DNA from: Lama guanicoe
Taxonomy: Eukaryota
Assembly (NCBI GenBank): GCA_013239625.1
Contig: MU053934.1
Location: 7,647,352 to 7,711,351, forward strand
DNA length: 64,000 nucleotides
Direction: 5' to 3'
Positions 11,541-23,546 of this stretch are shown piece after piece. Within the stretch, counting starts at the first letter, position 1, and each line of letters opens with the position of its first letter. A program made the translations under genes and the position numbers. Under the pieces are notes generated by a model. That model saw only the letters and a list, made by a program, of their open reading frames with translations. It searched no databases and was not told the DNA's origin.

Positions 11541-14102
11541 GCTTGGCATCAGTTGGCCTCCCAGAGTTGATAAACATCAGATAAGAGAGACACTATTTTC
11601 TCACACCTGTAAAGAAGTCTTTGTGGCTGGTGAGGCAGTGACGAACAGATGGTAGTTTTCTGCCTGTTTGGTAGAAAACCTCTCTCTCTGTGCCGGGGTC
11701 CCCGGCTTCTCCGTGGCCAGGCTGGGAATCGGGCAGCCATCCAAGAGCCCTTCGCTGCCGCCGTATTGCACAGGCGGAACGTGCAGGTCCCAGCTGCAGG
11801 GGTGGGGTGGGGGAGTGGAGAAGTTTCTATCTGAGTTCTGGATGCTTCCCTTTCGTTGCAATTAGACTAATAATAGTTGTAATTATGGTACTTGGAACTT
11901 TACTGTATGGCACAGTAAAGTTCCCTCCTGCTCCCTCCTGGAGCTGACGGCGGGGCTGGGAGAACGGGCTTCTTCCTAGAACCTTATCAGGAGCTGAGTC
12001 TGATTGCAGTCTGGTCCAGCACTGTGGACCTCAGTTCCCGGGAAGGCACACAGTCCTCAGGCTTTGGAGAAGAGGCATTTCTGGAATTGGGTTTCTGACG
12101 GAAGGCTCACACCCCGGAGGAGATGGAGTTCTGGGTCATGGTCGAGGGTGGGAAGGCTCTGCTGTTCCTGCACTGTAACCCCTGGGTGGGCGTGCCACCG
12201 GGAAGGGGCTTGGTGGAGCCTGGGGCCCAGATGAGGTCCTTAGTCCCAGAAAGGGGCAGTTATCAGCACACTCACCTTGACCAGAGGGGAAACTGAGACT
12301 CAGAGAGGTTAAGGGACTTGCTTGGGTGAGAGGGGACAGATCAGGGACTTGAACCCAGGTCAGCTGGCTCCAAAGTGGGGCGCTCTGCCCTGTGTGTGCC
12401 CTGTGCGGACATGGTCACCTGGCAATGGAGAGGATGCCTTCTGAGGTGCGGGTCTGTGTTAGCTCAGGGGGTCTCTTGCTCCTTCAGTGCCCCCCCTTCC
12501 CCATGTGCAGGAGCCTAGAGATCAAGGTCCTCTGGGCACATTCCCCTTCACATTCCCCTGAGGCCCCCAGACAGGAGGCCGGAGCCAGAGGCATGGCCAC
12601 GGCTCTCACTGTGTCAGGACAGAGCTCTGTGTCCCCACCTTGTCGAGGCACTTTTCCAGGCTCTCCCTGAGTGGGTGGAAAGTCTGGGGTCACAGGACTA
12701 GCTAAGAATCCAGCTTCGCCACCTCCTGGCCCTGTGTCCTCCACCATGTCACTCCCCCAGCTTCCTGAGCCTCGGTTTCCACGTCTGACTCAGTGCCTGG
12801 CGCTTAGTAGGACTCAGACATGCACACTCCAGGACCCCCTGGGATCTGCTAACTAGCCATTTATGCTGAATTCAGGACAAGAGAAGTGACTTTCTTGCTG
12901 AAACAGATGCATAGTAAAGTTTCGTGTCTTTTCTACCGACTCCTTCAAAAACCAGGGTTCAAGTCATTTAGAAGTTCCGTTCAGTGGCCGCAGTTACTGC
13001 TCTCTGAAGTGGTTGTGAAATGTCACCATTCTCTGCCTGGACACTCCGTCTCCCTGAGGCCCCCGTGCTGGGCTGGCACCTTCACACATCCCTGGTGTTT
13101 GTTTGCCTGACGCATCAGGGCACCTCCTCGGAGTGGGGCTGGGAGAGAGGCTTGGGCCTTGGGGTTCACCTTCAACATTCATTTTTTCTCCTAATCAGGG
13201 TCCACAGGTAGCATCGTGACTTTCTCCAGGCCTGGGGAGCCAGGCCCCTGAGGCTGGTAGGAAGTGGGGAGTTAGGGGCCTGAGCCTGGGGTCAGGCTGG
13301 CTCCCGGGGGCTGGTAGGGTGCAGGGGCAGATGGCAGTCAGTTTACTGAGGCCAAGGGGCTGCCTGGAGCCAGCTCACGGGGCAGGCAGTGCACCCACCT
13401 GCTTAGGGCGCCTGCAGTAGGACCCAGAGGAGGAAAGGGGAAGGAGCATGGTGTGGAAGAACTGCCTGGACTTTGTAGAGAGCAGAGCTGGAAGGACCCT
13501 AGGATTAGTTCAGTGTGTATTAAGCACAGTTTTGTTTTGATCCCACTTAGACTGTGTTTTGACTTTGAATTTCATGGCAGTGGGAGTGGGGACAGCCACC
13601 GTGATCTTTCCCAAGCGTAAGGTCTCCAAAGGTTGGTTCTGGGCTCTGCAGAGAACTTGCAATTCCTGTTACTCTGGAGGCTAACAAGTCAGACCCCCAG
13701 TGGAGGGGTCTGAGACAGTGAGGCTGGGGAGGGCTTGAGCTGGGGCCCAGGGCAGGGTCCCCTTCCAGTGGACAAGTGGCCCAGACAGGAGAAACAGAGG
13801 CAGGGAGGTCCTGAGGATGAGGCCAGGCACGCTGCAGCTCAGAGGCTCTGGAGGAAGCCGTCCAGCCTCCTCCCGTGGATCTAGGGGGCTGGCGGCGGGT
13901 CCCCCAGCAGAAGCCGGGGTGAGCAGGCTGCAGCGACGATGACGGGGCTGCTGCTGCCTCTGATCAGAGGGCACCTGCTGGGAGGGAGGGTCCGTTGGCT
14001 CCGCCAGAGGTTCCGGTGGCTCTTGTCCGCCCCCTCCCTCAGCGGCACTGTGGTTCCAGAAGCCGGCAGCGGCGGTCGTGTCTGTCGTGTCGGCCCCTGC
14101 AG

Positions 14103-14328
14103 GCAGCCTGCCGTACGAGTACAAGATCGTGATCGCCGGCAACCACGAGCTGACCTTCGACCAGGAGTTCATGGCCGACCTCATCAAGCAGGACTTTTAC
14201 TACTTCCCCTCCGTGTCGAAGCTGAAGCCGGAGAACTACGAGAACGTGCAGTCGCTGCTGACCAACTGCATCTACCTGCAGGACTCGGAGGTCACCGTGC
14301 GGGGCTTCCGGATCTACGGCTCCCCGTG
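14103..14328 (+). CDS. MPPED1: MPPED1 internal coding exon (226 bp): (G)SLPYEYKIVIAGNHELTFDQEFMADLIKQDFYYFPSVSKLKPENYENVQSLLTNCIYLQDSEVTVRGFRIYGSP(W)
   Basis: Acceptor cccctgcag ends at 14102 and donor gtgagt starts at 14329. Carries the metallophosphoesterase GNHE motif and strong C/G third-position bias. Phase 1 in, phase 2 out. Confidence 0.97.
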
Positions 14329-14584
14329 GTGAGTGTGCCCGGTGGCCTGCGGGCGGGCGCTGTCCTGACGCTGCTGAGAGCGCAGCTGTGTGGGGCGGGG
14401 ACGGACGAGCGGAGGCTGAGGCCACAGAGGGAAGTGGGGCTGGGGGAAACGGAGGCACTCAGGGCCAGCTCTCCCCTCACTTGCTGTGTGACACTGCACA
14501 GGTTGCTCCACCTCTCTGAGCCTTGGTTTCCCCATATCTGGCAGATAATTATACCTGTGATACTGTCTCACATATAGACAGGTA

Positions 14585-14795
14585 TCATGAGTTTATTATC
14601 CCCATTTTCCAGGTGAGGAAACTGAGGCACGCGAGGGTGAGGGCCTTGCTGAAGGTCACACAGCTAGGAGTGGGCAGAGCTGGGATTAAATCCAGGCAGT
14701 TTGGTTTCAGAATCCCTGCTTTTTTTTTTTATTGAGGTATAGTCAGTTTTCAATGTTGTGCCAATTCAGAATCCCTGCTTGTAACCATTGTTCTG
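14585..14795 (-). mobile_element. MIR SINE interrupted by a micro-L1 insertion
   Basis: MIR core ccccattttccaggtgaggaaactgaggcac...gtcacacagcta; the MIR resumes after 14780. Confidence 0.8.
14722..14764 (-). mobile_element. Extremely 5'-truncated young L1 (about 34 nt plus poly-A) with 16-bp TSD
   Basis: tttttttttattgaggtatagtcagttttcaatgttgtgccaa, flanked by identical ttcagaatccctgctt at 14706-14721 and 14765-14780. Same 3'-end type as the L1 at 32042. Confidence 0.85.
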
Positions 14796-15099
14796 TATGC
14801 TAGGACCCTCCCTATTGTCTGTCCCTCAGACACACACGAAAGTTACATGTACGGAGGGTGATGGTGATCAGCCAGACTGAGGAGAGGCAGGTGAAATTTT
14901 CATGGAAGGCCAAAGGCCTGGTTTGCTGTACCATGGACGGCAGTCATTTAAATCACAAGTGCACATCAAGCCTTTGTTTTCTGCTGGGGACACAGAGCAA
15001 TCGGGCCTTATCCTCGAGCTCACCTGGCTGAGTGGGGATCAAAGCGAGAAAGGATCATGACTGTTCTGCGTGATGGTCACTGTGTCCAGAGCAGCTTCA

Positions 15100-15236
15100 G
15101 TGATGGTGGTGATGGTGATGGTGATGATGGTGATGATGGTGGTGATGAAGGTGATGATGGTGGTGGTGATGACGATGTCGGTGGCGGTGATGACGATGTC
15201 GGTGGTGGTGATGATTAAGAGCATGGCGATGATGAT
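15100..15236. repeat. (GAT/GGT)n trinucleotide low-complexity repeat
   Basis: Repeated gtgatg/gatggt units; the source of spurious Met/Val- and Ile/Thr-rich ORFs. Confidence 0.9.
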
Positions 15237-16249
15237 CTGTCAGCAAATCATCCGTGAGCAATTACAGTCAGCTGGGCCCTGGGCTTAAATCTCTGTAGGA
15301 ATTGTCTCCAGTCCTCATGCAGCCCTGTGAGAACTGATTTGTTGTCCCCATTTTACAGGTGGACAGACTGACTGGCCCTTAGAGGCCCAGCTGGCAATAG
15401 CCACAGGGTGCCAAATGCTGGCAGATGAGGAGGATACCACACACAGAAGGGAGAGTCCTCATGTGCTTGAAAGAGTGACTTGACCCCGGAAGGCTCCCTG
15501 GAGGGGGTGAGGTGACCTGAGCCATGAGGGAAGAGAAGGGAATCCACAGACATGGAGGGGTAACAGGGCCAGAGGCTGCGCCATCAGCCAGAGCAGCACA
15601 CGCAGGGAGGCTGACGGGTGATCTGGGGGAGACATGGGGCCTGTACACATGCAGGGGCTTCAGGGAGAGCCGTTACAGACAGTGTGTCTGGGGTACCCCT
15701 GGGCTGCCCTGGTCGACGCCACATGGTGACCACCTGCTGGCCAGAGGCTGCAGGCAGGTTTGGGACATGGCCCCATCCTGCCAAGGCCTCCACCTGGGGT
15801 GAGGGGGAGATGCTGGGCTATCCTGCCTTCCTTGGGCCCCAGGACATGCCTGCTGTCATCTCCCCAGTCCTCACCACGTACAAGGTCTCCACACACCCTC
15901 CTTGGGATCTCTGAGGTCCCAGATGAGGACTGGTGGGGCACCTGGGGATGTGGTGAGCTTGGGGCTGAGGACAGGAGGCAGCTGAGTCTGCCTGGCAGGC
16001 TGGTAGAGCCCAGACCTGGAAAAGAAGTCTGTTTAGACAAAAAACTGGAAGAGGTCATTGTAGAAGGAGGAGCCTGTGGGAGCAAAAGCCTGGAGGTGAG
16101 CCGAGTGATGGGACTACGAGGTGAGGTGCAGGTGGGGACGTGGGCGATGGGGGAGGGGGCCAGGAGGGTCAGGGGCTAGCCCAGTGGTTTTCAACACCCT
16201 GTCTCGCATGCCCCCCCCACACCACCTTTTGAAAAAGTCATATCCTGTG

Positions 16250-16440
16250 GAAGTTAACCACATGACTTTGGAACCAAACTGCCTGGGCTCAAATCTTGGC
16301 CTCACCTCTTTTGAACTGTGTGACCCTGGGCGAGTCACTGAACCTCTTGTGCCTCAGTCTCCTCCTCTGCAAAGTGGGAGCGATGGCTCACCTCCTCCAG
16401 GGGGTGGCAGTAAAGATGTCACGAGGGTTCAGCTGATCCC
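16250..16440 (+). mobile_element. MIR SINE
   Basis: actttggaaccaaactgcctgggctcaaatcttggc...ctgtgtgaccctgggcgagtcactgaacctcttgtgcctcagt matches the MIR consensus. Confidence 0.8.
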
Positions 16441-19094
16441 AGGGCCCGCACCAGGCTTTCCGTGAACAGAGACTTCATTCTTGCTATTTGCTGTGTGGAG
16501 CCCCCCTTCCCACACAGCCTTGCCCAGAATCCAGTGTGTGGCCCTAATGTCGGTTCAGAGCCGTTAACTCTGAGGGCTAAATGGTCCCCCATTTGCATTC
16601 TGAGATGCAGGCCACGAGCTGACATTCCCTGTAGCAACCTTGTCTGGGCCAGGGAGCAGGGAGCAGGTGGTGGGCTAAGTCTCCCACTGTGTGGGCCAGT
16701 TGCTTGCGTCTGCTTCCATGGCACCATGGGGTTAGTCCTGAGTTCCTGCTGCCGCCTGCCTCTCTGGGGCCTGCGTGCCTGGGAAGGTGGGCTCCTACCG
16801 CCAGGTCCCCTCCCCACCAGAAGTCTCAGTGACAGTAGTGATTGGGGAGTTGAGTGGGAGGGAAGGGCTGTTTGAATTGGGGCACCACCACTGCTTAGCT
16901 GTGTGACTTTGGACAAGTGCCTTGGCCTCTTTGGTCCCCATGTAGGGAAATGATACTACTCGCCTTCTAGCAGGGTTGTGAGGTCTGTGTGGGCCCATCC
17001 AGACGAAGCCCAGGCCCTGGAGGTTGGTGGTGGTTGTTATTACTGGGGAGCTCCCAGGTGGAGACCAGGGCAGAGACAGCTCTAGTCCACTGACAGCCAG
17101 CAGCCCCCAGGGCAGGGCAAGGCCTGCAACTGCGTCATTTTACAGACGGGCAAGCGGAGGCCAGACGTGGATGTGGCTTGCCCCAGGCCACACAGTGAGT
17201 GGTTCTCCTGACTCTGGTCTGCTCCAGGATGGAGGCCCTTTCATGAAGACTTACTGTGCGCCAGGCGTGGTGCCGTGGGCTCGTCATCTGTCCCTTGGTT
17301 CTCTGAATGGCCTTATTGCCTCATGAGGACATTGAGATCTGGGGATCAGAATGATGTTCTCATGGCCACCTGCTGATTGGTTGATTCCTTGATCAAATAT
17401 TTGTCCCATGGCCACCCTGGGGATGTGCCATGCACCAGGCAGAGGCAGCTCCTGCCTTCACTGGGTTTACATCCTTGTGGGAGACACATCAGCTCCCAGT
17501 TCCTTGATTCAACAAGGGTTGCAGAGAAGCCCTGGGAGCTGGGGTCAGAGAAGGCTTCCCAAGGGGAGCCAGAGGCTGAGGAGATACAAGTAGCTATGGG
17601 GGCTGGGGAAGGGTGTGACAAGGAGAGGGAACAGCCAGGGCAAAGGCTAGGAGGCGGGGGTGGGCGTGGGTACACTGCGGGCTGCGCAGGGCTTCCCGGG
17701 TCTCAGCGAGAGAGCAGAGGCCAGAGGCTGGACTGCCAGGCCGGGCTGGTGGCTGCCGTGGTGGGTGGTGGCCATCACTTTGGGCCCAGTGCTCAGTAAG
17801 TCACAGCTCTCTCAGCCTGTAGCCCTATGTCCTCAACCCGTGGGGACCTGACACATCACACCCAAGGCCTGGAAGGGACACAGCGCTTACATGGGCAGAA
17901 CTGACTCTCAGTGATGCTTGTGCCCCGGACCCAGCACACCAGGGATGTCCCCACTGCCCTGACTCTCACTGCACGTCTGACCTTGGCAAGTCACGACGTC
18001 CCTCCAAGCCTCTGTCTTGCATCTGGGCAAGGGGGCACTGGCCCACCAGGGTCCTCTCTGTGGTGTCCCCAGGTGAGGTCACACAGGGGAAGTGGCACTA
18101 ACCAGTCCCCAAGAAGGGAACCTCGTGGCCCGGCTGCCAACTGCCTGCTGCGTGGGGTCTGCCCCATGCACAGCGGGCTGTCGAGTTCAGGCTGGGTGAG
18201 CTCAGCCAGCCGCCTGGGCATATGGCAGCTCACTAGGAGGGGACAGACAGCGAGGCTGATGGTGATTATTATTAAATTCAGATGTTCAGGGCTTTCCTCT
18301 TCTCTTTCCCGTGCCCTTAACATATTGATGAGCACGTGGAGAGTTCAGTAGCATCGTAACACCAGCAGGCGGGGACCAGGGATCACATAAGCCATTAGCC
18401 ACGGGTGATCTACTGTCAGTGGCATCTGGGGCATATGGGCAGAGCTGACCCAGGCCGAGGGGCAGACCTGTTCTATGTGGTCCTAGAAGGCAGAGCAGAG
18501 ACACAGAAGGTGGTGACAAGAGGCAGGTTCTCACCAGTGTGGGAAGACCATCCCGCAGGCAGAACCCCAGAGGCGAGGCAGTGTGGCCTTACCGAGTGGT
18601 GAGCTGCCCGTTACAAGAGGCGTGCAAGCGGAGGTACCCTGTGGTTGGGCCTGGTGTCCTCTCAGCACCCCACCCACCCACTTAGAGAGCCACTGTTCCC
18701 CTGCCGGACGCTGATGAAGCTCTGTAAGCAGAGCTATGCTCGAGCCTGTGCTTAGGGAAGACCTTCTGGTGCCAGACTTGGGAGGACAACTGTGTGACCA
18801 GGGTGGCCTTGATGTCGAGGACCCACCAAATCTAACTGGGAGGAGGGAGCAGACAGCAAACTGACGGTTACCACGATGGCCTTTCCTCTAAGTGTTACCG
18901 CCGGGAGATGCTCTGCGGCCGAGACCGGTGGCTCGGATTTGAATGGTTCTGACTTCTCATTAGGCACACACTCCGAGGCCCACGGGGACCGTCAGGGCTC
19001 TGGTGACCCAAGAATGAATGTGGCCTGGCTCTGCCCTGGCAACAGGACACCATTACCAATCCCATTTTGGAGGGGTCGGTGAGAGGCAGAGAGA

Positions 19095-19226
19095 GAATAA
19101 TTTTTTAATATGAGTATGTCCGATGCAGTATTTTGAATGTACTTATACTAAAAAAAATTATTTATTGTTTGTCTTAAGTTCAAATTGTATGGGGCAAGCT
19201 GTGTTTCATCTGGCCCCCTCACCCTG
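19095..19226. mobile_element. MER53-like palindromic hAT MITE (left arm truncated)
   Basis: gaataattttttaatatgagtatgtccgatgcagtattttgaatgtacttatactaaaaaaaattatttattgtttgtcttaagttcaaatt matches the MER53 central palindrome and right arm as I recall it. Confidence 0.8.
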
Positions 19227-19249
19227 AGATGGTAGGTCCTGCCTGCTTT

Positions 19250-20300
19250 TTGAACTTTATGAAAATGGACTCAGGTGTTGTACCGTGCCTGCTTCTTAGT
19301 CAGTATTATGTTTGTAAGATGTTTTCCGTGCCATCGTGGCGGTTGTGGTTGGTTCTTTCCTTCTTGTTGTGCGGGATTTCCTCGTATGAATACATCACGG
19401 TTTATTTATCCATTCTGCCCAATGCCAAACTCCCCTGCTTTGGGGCTATTATAAATAATACTGCCGTGAGCATTTTACATGTCTCTTCGTGCACACAGAC
19501 GTATACTCCTGAGCGTGTGTGCTCGTGCCCGCGGGCCCCCGCCCCCAGGAGCGGAGTGCTCAGGTCACACGCTGTCCAGCTCTTCAGCAGAGGCTGTGCC
19601 GGTTCCCCCCCAGCAGCAGTGCTCGCCTCGCCTCCTTGCCAGCGCCAGGTATTACAGGACATGTACATTGTGTCCAACTGGTGGCCGTCTTGGTGTCTCG
19701 ATGTCTCTTTAATTTCCATGCCCTTGAAGCCCGCTAAGGTTGAGAATCTTGAATTGGCCGCTTGGGTTCCTTCTTTTGCGAAGGGCGCAGGTCCTTCGCC
19801 CGTTTCATAGAGTAACTGGGTTGCCCGCCCGTTCTGTATGGGTCCGCAGGGACTCTCTGCACATTCCGAATGCAAGCCCTTCATCAGATGTCATGTCTCG
19901 AGTGGCTTTTCCTCCTCTGAGCCGCCTCCGCCCTCTCTCAGCAGTGCTTTCAGGTGACCAGAAGGTCTCAGTTTTGGGGCAGCAGATGAATTAAGTGTTT
20001 TTTTTTGTGGTAAGTGCTTTCGGTGTCCTCTTTAAGAAGTCCCTCCCCTGAAGCCATGAAGCTGTTTCCATATTATCTCCCCGAATCTCTGCTGTGCTGC
20101 CTCTTCTGTGTGGGTGTTGGGTCCGCCGGCACTGACTGTGTCGATGGGGTGAGGTCGAGATCCCGTTGTGGGTCTTCCCACCTGTTCTGGCACCAAGTGT
20201 GGAAGTCGGTCCTTCCTGGCTGCTATGTGGCCCCCTCACCTTACACATGGGGTCTGGGGCCGGACTCTCTCCTGTCCGCCAGTCGACTTAGGTCCAGGAC
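19250..20300 (-). mobile_element. Ancient L1 (L1MC/L1ME-like) 3' fragment, GC-shifted
   Basis: Degenerate L1 3' motifs such as tttggggctattataaataatactgccgtgagcatttt and gtctctttaatttccatgccc. The minus-strand ORF has MLTAVLFIIAPK, an ORF2 C-terminal remnant. Confidence 0.65.
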
Positions 20301-23300
20301 CACACTGCCCTAAATACCCTGGCAACCGATTCCTTTCCTGTCTCTTTCCCCGACTAGAACAGGCGAGGCTCCAGGAGAGCAGGGACCAGAGTCTGTCTTT
20401 GCGGACTCCACTCCCGCGGAGGCTCTGCCACCGCATCCTGGTCTAGGCCAGTGCGGAAGTGGTGAGAGCCGTGTCCCCGTGCCGCCCCCTCCCAGGGCAC
20501 TGTGACTTTCTAGAAGTCATCTCTGGTCCCCGCAGACGCAGCCTCAGCGCTGAGCCTTCGCTGAGAGCAGCTTAGAGGAAGGGGGCGGGAACCAACCACA
20601 GAAGAAGAGGAAGAACTCAGCTGTTACAAAATCCTAAGTGTTAAAAAAAATTCCGTATACATACCGTATTCATTTATGGGTTTTGGATGCATTTTTTGTT
20701 CTCATTTAACTGAAAACGGCCTTGATTAAAAAAAAAAAAAGACTGAGGGAGGGAGTGAAATTGGCACGAGCTAGTCCATCTGGTCTAATTACTTCTGGTA
20801 TTTTGAAAGAAGGCGTCTGAACCTGCTGAGGCAGGAAACTTTGAGAAGTGGCGGCCCGGCTGCTGCTGGGCATCTGGGTGCCTGCGGGCAGGCCCGGCCT
20901 TGGGGCCAGGCACGGCCACCAGGGGTGCCCTGCACTTCTCTCCAGCAGCCAGAAGCCCCAGGGACCAGCTCTCTCCAAACAGCCAGGATGTGCAGGGCTC
21001 CAACACACTCCCTGGCGGGCGGGGCCCCTCTGAGTGACCTCACGTCAGGATCTTGGCTTCTGTGAAATGACAGTGGGTCAGTTCCCTTACAGGTTACTCC
21101 TAGGATTCAGGGAGGTTGTGTGTAAATTGCTTGGCACACAGTAGGCATTGGATACACGGTGGTCCCACTCACCCCCAAACCTCTCCAGCTACTGCCTCGA
21201 CTGCCTAGAGGGGGAGCTGAGGGAGAGCAAGGTTGTTTCTGTGCAGCCTGGAGGGGGTGTTGCAGGCAGGGGCTGGGCGGCCCCCAGGCGAGGCTGGATA
21301 TGGATTCTCATGTGAGCCTTTGCCATCCTTCCCTCCCCTTCCCTGTGTGCACACTGCAGGCCTACTGGGGATGCTGGGGGTGCGGTGGGGAGTGGGGGAG
21401 GGCAGGAACTGAGCAGCCTGGGAACTTTAAACCCATGCCCTGAAGGTGCCTGGGGTCTGCCTGTGGGTGTGCTCCCCATGGTCCTGGAGGCTCTGCGCTT
21501 TTTGCTGCTGTGGCTGCTCGAATCTTCACAAGCACCAACAAGATCTAACTCTGTCCCCATTGTACAGCCAGGAAGACTGAGACCATGACTTGCTTAAAGT
21601 CCCACGGTAATTGGGAGCCCAGCTGGGCCTGGATGGAAGGGTGGAGGCCCCAGCTCAGAACTGCGGACAGAGAGGTGCTAACATGCTTTTTAAAAAACTT
21701 GATAAAATACATCTTTTAGAGAAAAAAGAATAGAGGATGAAATAATGAACTCCTAGCTTTTCCCTGGCTTTCAACATCTCTCACCAGAACGTGGTTGAGG
21801 TCCTAGGAACAGGGTGCTGGTGGGGCGGGATCCTGGCGAGGCCAGCACCTGAGACAGCCTACCCGTGCCCACCGTCCCTGCCGCGGGCAGATGCTGGTGG
21901 GTGACCACGGTGAGCCCAGTTTGGACGGCTGCCCCCGAGCTGTCCTCTGGACCCTCGGTCCTTCCTCTTGGCTCTGTGTGAGGAATGGGTGGCTCTGGGA
22001 CCCAGTTCAATCACCTTACCCTTTGCTCTTTCTGTTACGAAAATCTTTTTAATCTTAAGAAGTGCTCATTTTTCAGTCTCTCTCCAATAATTCTCCAAGG
22101 TGTTTGGGGTGCTGTAATTTTGGGTTGCACGCTCACGTTCTGCAAGGCTTTGCCTGGGGAACCCTGAGCATCCTGGTTTGGGGTGCCTTTCAGAGAGGGT
22201 TTGTCCGCCCCAGTCTGTGGGTGCTTACAGCCAGGGACCCCTTCCCACGCTTTCTTGGCTGAGTTTCCTGGGCCCGCAGGCTCACAGCTGAGGGAGCCCA
22301 GGTCAGGGGTCCAGGAGGCTTCCCTCTGGTGGAAGCATCTGTTTCCCCGGGTCCACTTTCCCCCAGAGCCCCCTGGGGGCCTAGCTTCGCTCGCAGCCCC
22401 TGCTAACCACCGAGTCCTCCCCTCTTGTTGCCTCACGGCCTCGGAGACTCGCACTCCCGGGTCCAGCGGCTGGCAGTCCTGGCGGCCAGCAATGTGCTTA
22501 CCACATTTGCCCTGCGGGTCTCGGTGGTTTCAGTGTGAGGCGGTGGCTTTGCTCTGCTCGGGCAAGGGACGTGAGACTTTGCCTCCCCTTCCACACCTGA
22601 GGCACGCATTCAGCACCCTTCCCGGAGCTGCTACACAATTGTCCCACTCAGTCTGACATTTAACCTCAGCAGGGCGAGGCCGGATTGTTTTTGTCCCCAT
22701 TTTACGGTCGGGTAAAGGGAGGCATGGGCAGGTAAAGCGACCGGCCCAGGATCTCAGCCACAGGGAGACGCAGTGCCGGACCCCCGCCCAGGCGCTGGGC
22801 TGGGGCAGCTCCGCGCAGCCTCGCTGATTCCTGTCCCTGACACGTCCCTCCCGCAGCCCGTCGGGCTGCAGACCCCAGACAGAGCTGGCCTTCAGGGGCC
22901 TAGATTCCTGAGCCCGTCAGTGACAGGTGCTCCCTGAGCCCCACACCCGGGGCCCAGCCAGGGTGGGGTGAGTGAGACCCAGGGAGCTGTGAGCCGGAGC
23001 ATCACAGAACCTCAGTGGTATTTCCCTCCCTTCCCCTGCCTTGAGCCCAAATCAACTTGGGAACAGCCTGTGTCTGTTCAAGGGAAGCTGTGAAGCCTGC
23101 CTCTTGGGCTGACGGCGACTCCACCCCTACCTGCGATGGCGACATGACGGGCTTGGGAGGGTCCCCGAGGGACCCAGCAGTGTTCTCACCTGTAGTCCTG
23201 TTGCTGCTCACTGCTCTTTCCTTCCAACGCCGGATCTTATACTCGCCAGCCTTCCATGTGGCTGGCAGTGGACGAGTTTTGATGGGGGGAAGAAATCCTC

Positions 23301-23329
23301 ATGGTCTGGCCCTACCCTGTGCCACCTCT

Positions 23330-23507
23330 GCACACACACACATGCACGCACACTTGCATGTGCACACACACAACTGAGCACATGACCCCCATACCACTTG
23401 TGCAATACACATGCACACACACACATGCACACACACACCACGTGCACACACACACTTTCACGTGCATACACACGCATTGGGTCTTCTCTCATACACTCAC
23501 ACACAGC

Positions 23508-23546
<39 letters not shown>
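23330..23546. repeat. Degenerate (CA)n / (CT)n(CA)n microsatellite complex
   Basis: CA-rich tract ending in ctctctctct followed by a near-perfect CA run. Confidence 0.9.

Noticed and set aside
13939..14577. 212-aa ORF overlapping the MPPED1 exon in another frame
   Set aside because: A shadow frame of a GC3-rich exon that runs on into intronic MIR sequence. The same holds for 57405-58055(+) and 42621-43085(+) antisense to EFCAB6 exons.
18346..18415. Short inverted termini cagtag...ctactg suggesting a MITE
   Set aside because: Only about 6-9 nt of complementarity and no TSD; compatible with chance.
20913..20931. CTCF-like motif cggccaccaggggtgccct
   Set aside because: It mismatches the core 3' GGC positions, and such partial matches are frequent at this GC content.
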